Of a stretch of DNA of 51,275 nt, positions 47,301-51,275 are shown piece by piece. Both the position numbers and the translations under genes were made by a program. Numbering within the stretch: the first letter of the stretch is position 1; the number at the start of each line of letters is the position of its first letter. Origin of the DNA: Myxococcales bacterium (lineage in GTDB: Bacteria > Myxococcota_A > UBA9042); NCBI GenBank assembly GCA_037441385.1, contig JBBISH010000034.1:1-51275 (forward strand), in the 5' to 3' direction. The notes under the pieces were generated by a model that saw only the letters and a list, made by a program, of their open reading frames with translations, did no database searches and was not told where the DNA came from.

Positions 47301-47331
47301 TGGCGCCGGCTCGGCATTGGCTGTACCATAG
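44326..47331 (+). CDS. Large S41 (Ctp) serine peptidase with PDZ and C-terminal Ig-like domains
   Basis: LDPYS, FGGLGI (PDZ), DLRDNPGG, SASASE and FGKGSVQ motifs; long C-terminal extension. Start uncertain. Confidence 0.9.
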   Translation: MNLPDLPPDSTEPPDGTPLPGNLGWRAILMPLRAEPWRWSLALLALLVALGCLGALLEPAETQALRAQAVAAGEVAAEGNGRAAALAELRRLEVVLRALRLLQEHYVEPDKFKPRLMLEEALQSLAHLVPEMLVDVPDRDAQGLPRLVRARVGSAEQVFHVENANDLYAVGWHLLVAARFVAGFLPPEVPAAKVQYTAFNSILQTLDPYSRLLDPEQWREMQTTTVGNFGGLGIVILPIDGVLTVQTVLPDSPAQKAGIEPGDKIQQIDGEDTLNMSVDAAVERLRGEVGTTARLVIARKGWEQPQSFAVVRMVIHLQSVESKVLDNGVAYARVKGFQRGTAAELGEAIDNLLRAGAHPALVLDLRDNPGGLLDEAIRICDLFIAKGPAVTTVTGGKLRDVRQVTGTGRFTHLPLAVLLNGHSASASEVVAGALKYSGRAFVVGEQSFGKGSVQVPYEIAGGAFKMTVAKYLVPGDISIHGKGIEPDIGIQFVSATREQISLFGGPRYSRATRRARAALESQVPPRPKVLQKVLLPDLADRDRPDADTPADVIEREPRQRAAAILRRVGQPSAKATLEAAEADVADMARRDDADLVSHLKRQGVDWRAGEPVEASQLKIEIVDQGQSLEADAGDILRFSVTITNTGKAPATRIHILTRCDDPSFDGHEQLVGRLEPGQNRTVPLSVRVSLRHGAVQVPLVVGVAQDGRVLGREDSSLLKVHGKPAPEFAFRLKLDDSAPGASGAPDQVLQPGETAGLVLEIQNIGAGLTQAGMVRLRSLSGQRLHLVDGRSRFGPLASGATTSVRLAVRGVDLEARDGKQTPSGDWDPVRLELSISDESLGVERQQVLELPWGRHALASAPVPQRQRTLEAIARAGQVWNIAPGIEILGPQPPPPLQAAASASGSAACWYDLHALVHFDPAAPTRRFVTASVAGDKQFYQDAEGRATLDTHAKLKLDAGLNAVTLQAQAGPRRDAEKTLWVHCSSPGGSARAGAGSALAVP

Positions 47332-47383
47332 CGGATTCAGGCCGCGCCCCCTGCAGTTCCGCGCGCGGCCACGGAGGAAGGCA

Positions 47384-48529
47384 ATGATGGCCACGACCAC
47401 AGCTCGGCGCACTTGGATCCTGCGCGGCAGCGCATGGCTCGCTGGTGCCGTGATGGCATGGGCGGCGATGCCGACCGCGTACGCGGAGGACCCCGACCTG
47501 GGTGACCGCGCCGAGGTCGAGCGCAAGAAGGCTGAGCGCGAAGCGCTGGAAAAGCAGCGCGCGTCGATGAAGGTGGAGGAAAGCGACGAACAGCGCGAGG
47601 CCCGCGAGCGCCAAGAGGCCAAGGACAAGCGCATCAAGTTGGCTCAAGACAAGGCGAATCAGGCGGTGCAGGCCGCCAACAAACGCCAGAACGACAAGGG
47701 CATGGCGCTGATGGAGTCGGCGTGGATGACCGACCCGCTGACGCCCGAATACCCGCGCTATACCGCTGAGTTCGCCAAGGCGCTGCAAAAGCCCGAGCTG
47801 GAATTCCGCGCCTGGTCGGCGGTCAAGACGCTGTGCAAGCTGAACCTGGCGAGCTTGGGTCCCGACTCGCCGAGCCGCGAGAAGTACCAGGACATGCTGG
47901 ACTTGGCCGAACCGCGCCTGGAATTTCTGCGCACCAAGCTGTCGAGCGGCATGTTGCAGGTCCAGGTGGAGCCCGCTAGCTGCGAAATCTTTGTCGAGGG
48001 CGCCTACATCGGCGTGGGCAAAGGCGAAATGGAGATGGCCACCGGCGAGCGCAAGATCGAGACGCGCTGCATTGGCTACAAGGACATGATGCAGTTCGTG
48101 GTGGTCCGCCAGGGCGATCCCAGCATCGCCAAGATCAAGTGCGAACCGATCCCGTACTTTGGCAAGCTGGTGGTCAAGCTGGACCCGGGCGAGGGCGTGA
48201 CCACCTATCTGGACGACGTGCCGGTGCCGCAGCGATTGGGCGAAAAGGCGACCAAAGAGGGCACCATCTCGGGCGAAGGCAGCAAAGACAAGCCCTACGT
48301 ATTGGCCGCGCGCAAGTGGATCATCCGCTTCCAGAAAGACGGCTACGATCGCTGGCACCGCCGTATCGAGGTCCGCCGCGATCAAACGCTGCTGGTCGAC
48401 GCCCACCTGGAGTCGCTGACCGAGCTGGAGGCCGAGAAACCGGCCGCAGCCAAGGATGCCGGCAAGGACGCGGGCAAGGACGCGGGCAAGGACGGCGGCA
48501 AGTCGGCGCCTGCCAAACCGCAGAAGTAG
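47384..48529 (+). CDS. Secreted PEGA-domain protein
   Basis: GGAGG RBS; signal ending AYA; coiled coil; two PEGA-like units (VEPASCEIFVEG; KDGYDRW). Confidence 0.8.
   Translation: MMATTTARRTWILRGSAWLAGAVMAWAAMPTAYAEDPDLGDRAEVERKKAEREALEKQRASMKVEESDEQREARERQEAKDKRIKLAQDKANQAVQAANKRQNDKGMALMESAWMTDPLTPEYPRYTAEFAKALQKPELEFRAWSAVKTLCKLNLASLGPDSPSREKYQDMLDLAEPRLEFLRTKLSSGMLQVQVEPASCEIFVEGAYIGVGKGEMEMATGERKIETRCIGYKDMMQFVVVRQGDPSIAKIKCEPIPYFGKLVVKLDPGEGVTTYLDDVPVPQRLGEKATKEGTISGEGSKDKPYVLAARKWIIRFQKDGYDRWHRRIEVRRDQTLLVDAHLESLTELEAEKPAAAKDAGKDAGKDAGKDGGKSAPAKPQK
48451..48502 (+). repeat. 12-bp intragenic tandem repeat (KDAG x3 + KDGG)
   Basis: CAAGGATGCCGG CAAGGACGCGGG CAAGGACGCGGG CAAGGACGGCGG CAAG. 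Confidence 0.85.
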
Positions 48530-48541
48530 CGGACCGGCGCC

Positions 48542-49354
48542 GTGCAAGCTCCCCCCTCGATTCCGGCCCACGCCGAGACGCGCTCGCGACCGCCGCAGGC
48601 GGCGCCCTGGTGGCAAGCCCGCTTTGGGCCGCTCCTGGGCCTGGCGGCGGTGGGGCGCGATACCTTGGTTCACGTGGTGCGCAGTCGCCGCGAAGCGGGC
48701 GCGGTGGCGCGGCAGATGTTCGCGATCGGCAACCAATCGGTGCTGTTCATCACGGTGACGATCGGCTTTCTGGGCATGATCCTGGTGTATCAGGTGGCCA
48801 CACAAGTCGCGAAGATCCTTCCTGACTTCTCGATGATCGGCGCCGCGTTCCTGTCGATCATGATCAAGGAATTCGCGCCGACCATCACCGGCCTGATGAT
48901 CGCCACCCGCGTCGGTTCGGGCATCGCCGCCGAGATCGGCTCGATGGTGGTGACGGAGCAAGTCGACGCGCTGCGCATGTGCAACGCCGACCCGATCAAC
49001 TACCTGATCGTGCCGCGCTTCTTGGCCTCGGGCCTGATGGTGATCTGCCTGTCGATCTACGCGACGCTGATCGCGGAGATCACGGGCATGCTCACGGGCC
49101 TGACCGGCTTTGGCATTCACCCGCTGACCTTCATGTCGATGCAATTGGTCGGCAAAGCGGATATCATCTCGGGGCTTGCCAAGGCGTTTGCCTACGGAAG
49201 CGCGATTCCGCTCATCGCCGGCCAGGCGGGCCTGGAGGCGACCGGCGGCTCCGAGGGCGTCGGCTGGGCGACCACCCGCTCGGTCGTCAATGCGTCGTTT
49301 GCCGTGGTGTTGCTCGATTTCGTGATTTCGGGCGCGATATTTGCGATCTTTTGA
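48542..49354 (+). CDS. mlaE: MlaE-family ABC transporter permease
   Basis: KEFAP, RVGSGIAAEIGSMVVTEQVDAL, YLIVPR and GVGWATTRSVV. Confidence 0.9.
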   Translation: MQAPPSIPAHAETRSRPPQAAPWWQARFGPLLGLAAVGRDTLVHVVRSRREAGAVARQMFAIGNQSVLFITVTIGFLGMILVYQVATQVAKILPDFSMIGAAFLSIMIKEFAPTITGLMIATRVGSGIAAEIGSMVVTEQVDALRMCNADPINYLIVPRFLASGLMVICLSIYATLIAEITGMLTGLTGFGIHPLTFMSMQLVGKADIISGLAKAFAYGSAIPLIAGQAGLEATGGSEGVGWATTRSVVNASFAVVLLDFVISGAIFAIF

Positions 49355-49390
49355 CCCGTGCGGCCACAAGGCGGGCCGAGGAAAAGACCC

Positions 49391-51275
49391 ATGGGTACCT
49401 GCACTCGTCTAGCCGTGCTGACTGCGCTGTCGCTGGTATTCGGCGTCGCCGCTTGTTCCGATCCCGCGACCGCGCCCACGACCGGCTCTACCGATGGCGA
49501 TGGCAATTCGCAAGTCGGCATCGATATTTCCAGTGGTCTGGAAGTCCTGCCCGGCGAAGACGTCGACGGCAGCAGCGGCGGCGCCCCGGATGGCAACGGC
49601 GGCACGGCCGCCGACATCCAGCCCGACAGCGAAGGCCCAACGGTCGGCACCTTTGGCGCGCCCTGCCAGACCAACGACGAGTGCGACAGCGGCTACTGCG
49701 TGCCCTCGGCCAACGGCAACGTATGCAGCAAGCCGTGCGAAGCCTCGACCGGCTGCCCCGCGTCGTGGAAATGCGTAGCCAAGACCAGCACGACCGGTGA
49801 CATCACCTACCTGTGCGTGCCCGGCGTCACGTCGCTGTGCGACCCGTGCACCTTGAACGCCGACTGCAACGACGCCAGCGAGAGCGGCAATGTCTGCCTG
49901 CAGCGCGTGGACGGCGCCGGCAGCTTCTGCGGCACGGCCTGCGGGCCCGGCAAAGCCGCCTGCCCCAGCGGCTACGAGTGCGTGGACGACACCGACCCCG
50001 AGTCGGGCAAAGCCGTCAAGCAATGCGAGCCGAGCGGCGGCAAGCTGTGCACTTGCAGCACCAAGGCCGCCGATCAGAGCAAGTCGACCAGCTGCACCAC
50101 CAAGAATTTCTACGGCTCCTGCAAAGGCACGCGCTCGTGCAGCAGCAAGGGCCTGTCCGAGTGCTCGGCGCCGGTGCCCAAGGCCGAAGAGTGCAACGGC
50201 ATCGACGACGACTGCAACGGCAAGACCGACGACTTCTCGACCTCGGCCAAGTGCCAGAAAACCAACGAGTTTGGCAGCTGTACCGGCAAGGTGATCGAAT
50301 GCGTGCAGGGCACGGCCGTCTGCGACGCCGCCGAACCCAAGCCCGAGAGCTGCAACGGCCTGGACGACAACTGCGACGGCAAGACCGACGAAGGCCTGTG
50401 CGAAGACGGCAGCCCGTGCACCACCGACAGCTGCAACACCGACGGATCGTGCAAGCACGCGCCCCTGAACGGCCCGTCGTGCGACGACGGCAACTCGTGC
50501 ACCACCAGCGACAAGTGCGCGGGCGGCAGTTGCACCGGCGCGTCGATCATGGCGTGCGACGACAACGACCCGTGCACCGCCGACAACTGCGACGCCGTAA
50601 GTGGCTGCACGCACTCGCCCGCCGACGGCGCGTGCCCGGACGACGGCCAGCCGTGCACCCAGGACATCTGCATGGGCGGCAAGTGCACGCACCCGGCGCA
50701 GAGCGAAGGCGGCCCCTGCCCCGACGACGGCGAGGCCTGCACCCAAGACCTGTGCACCGGCGGCACTTGCTTGCACACCGCCAAGGCCGACGGCGGCGCC
50801 TGCCTGGAAGACGGCGATCCGTGCACGCAGGACGTGTGCAAGTCGGGCAAGTGCGGCCACCCGCCCATGGTCGACAACACCCCCTGCGCCGACGATGGCA
50901 ACAACTGCACCGCCGACGTCTGCGTGACCGGCAAGTGCAGCCACCCGCCGGTCAGCTTCACCGTGCCCTGCGCCGACGACGCCAATCCCTGCACTGCCGA
51001 CGTGTGCGACAAGGGCGGCTGCACCCACCAGAAATTGGGCAGCGATAAGTCGTGCTTGGACGACGGCGATCCGTGCACCCAAGACGTGTGTGTCAATGGC
51101 GCTTGCGGCCACCCGCCGGCCACCAACAACTCGCCGTGCTTGGACGACGGCATCCTGTGCACCGACGACGTGTGCAACAGCGGCAAGTGCAGCCACCCGG
51201 CCAACCAAAAGCCCTGCACCGACGACGGCAATCCGTGTACCAGCGATGTCTGCGCCGACAAGGTCTGCCAGCACC
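49391..51275 (+). CDS. Giant Cys-rich surface lipoprotein, 3'-truncated by the window end
   Basis: Missing from the ORF track because there is no stop. MGTCTRLAVLTALSLVFGVAAC lipobox; two CNG(I/L)DD(D/N)C(N/D)G motifs; 11 C-DDGxPCTxDxC repeats. Confidence 0.9.
   Translation, partial: MGTCTRLAVLTALSLVFGVAACSDPATAPTTGSTDGDGNSQVGIDISSGLEVLPGEDVDGSSGGAPDGNGGTAADIQPDSEGPTVGTFGAPCQTNDECDSGYCVPSANGNVCSKPCEASTGCPASWKCVAKTSTTGDITYLCVPGVTSLCDPCTLNADCNDASESGNVCLQRVDGAGSFCGTACGPGKAACPSGYECVDDTDPESGKAVKQCEPSGGKLCTCSTKAADQSKSTSCTTKNFYGSCKGTRSCSSKGLSECSAPVPKAEECNGIDDDCNGKTDDFSTSAKCQKTNEFGSCTGKVIECVQGTAVCDAAEPKPESCNGLDDNCDGKTDEGLCEDGSPCTTDSCNTDGSCKHAPLNGPSCDDGNSCTTSDKCAGGSCTGASIMACDDNDPCTADNCDAVSGCTHSPADGACPDDGQPCTQDICMGGKCTHPAQSEGGPCPDDGEACTQDLCTGGTCLHTAKADGGACLEDGDPCTQDVCKSGKCGHPPMVDNTPCADDGNNCTADVCVTGKCSHPPVSFTVPCADDANPCTADVCDKGGCTHQKLGSDKSCLDDGDPCTQDVCVNGACGHPPATNNSPCLDDGILCTDDVCNSGKCSHPANQKPCTDDGNPCTSDVCADKVCQH

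Noticed and set aside
46829..51274. Long minus-strand ORFs 46829-49369 and 49409-51274
   Set aside because: Shadows of the PEGA, mlaE and giant lipoprotein genes.
1..51275. tRNA, rRNA, transposase, integrase, prophage or defence genes
   Set aside because: None recognised by eye; a tRNAscan/Infernal/HMM run would be needed to exclude divergent ones.

Overview
GC-rich chromosomal window from a Myxococcota-like deltaproteobacterium. This is inferred from gene content: an AglRQS-type TolQ/TolR/TolR motor, PEGA proteins, a Hanks Ser/Thr kinase, a long PDZ/S41 protease and many Cys-rich lipoproteins. About 45 CDSs are supported. They include housekeeping genes (folK, gmk, gltX, thiolase, dusB, gpmI, comEC, mlaE) and many envelope or secreted proteins of unknown function. 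I saw no rRNA, tRNA, CRISPR array, transposase or integrase. The clearest unannotated signal is non-coding: a ~132-bp MITE-like element (family A) occurs 7 times, with TAC...GTA ends and 3-bp TNA duplications. Four copies sit exactly on stop or start codons, and one appears to supply a ribosome-binding site. A second ~142-bp CTAG-delimited hairpin element (family B) occurs twice, each time next to a family A copy. Other leads: a co-oriented run of motor, secreted nuclease, Ca-binding-repeat lipoprotein, beta-barrel and comEC; a hairpin-dense 389-bp spacer inside the motor operon; and two apparent pseudo-enzymes (PyrE-like and TPR-zincin-like). All alignments and folds were done by eye; no database searches were run.
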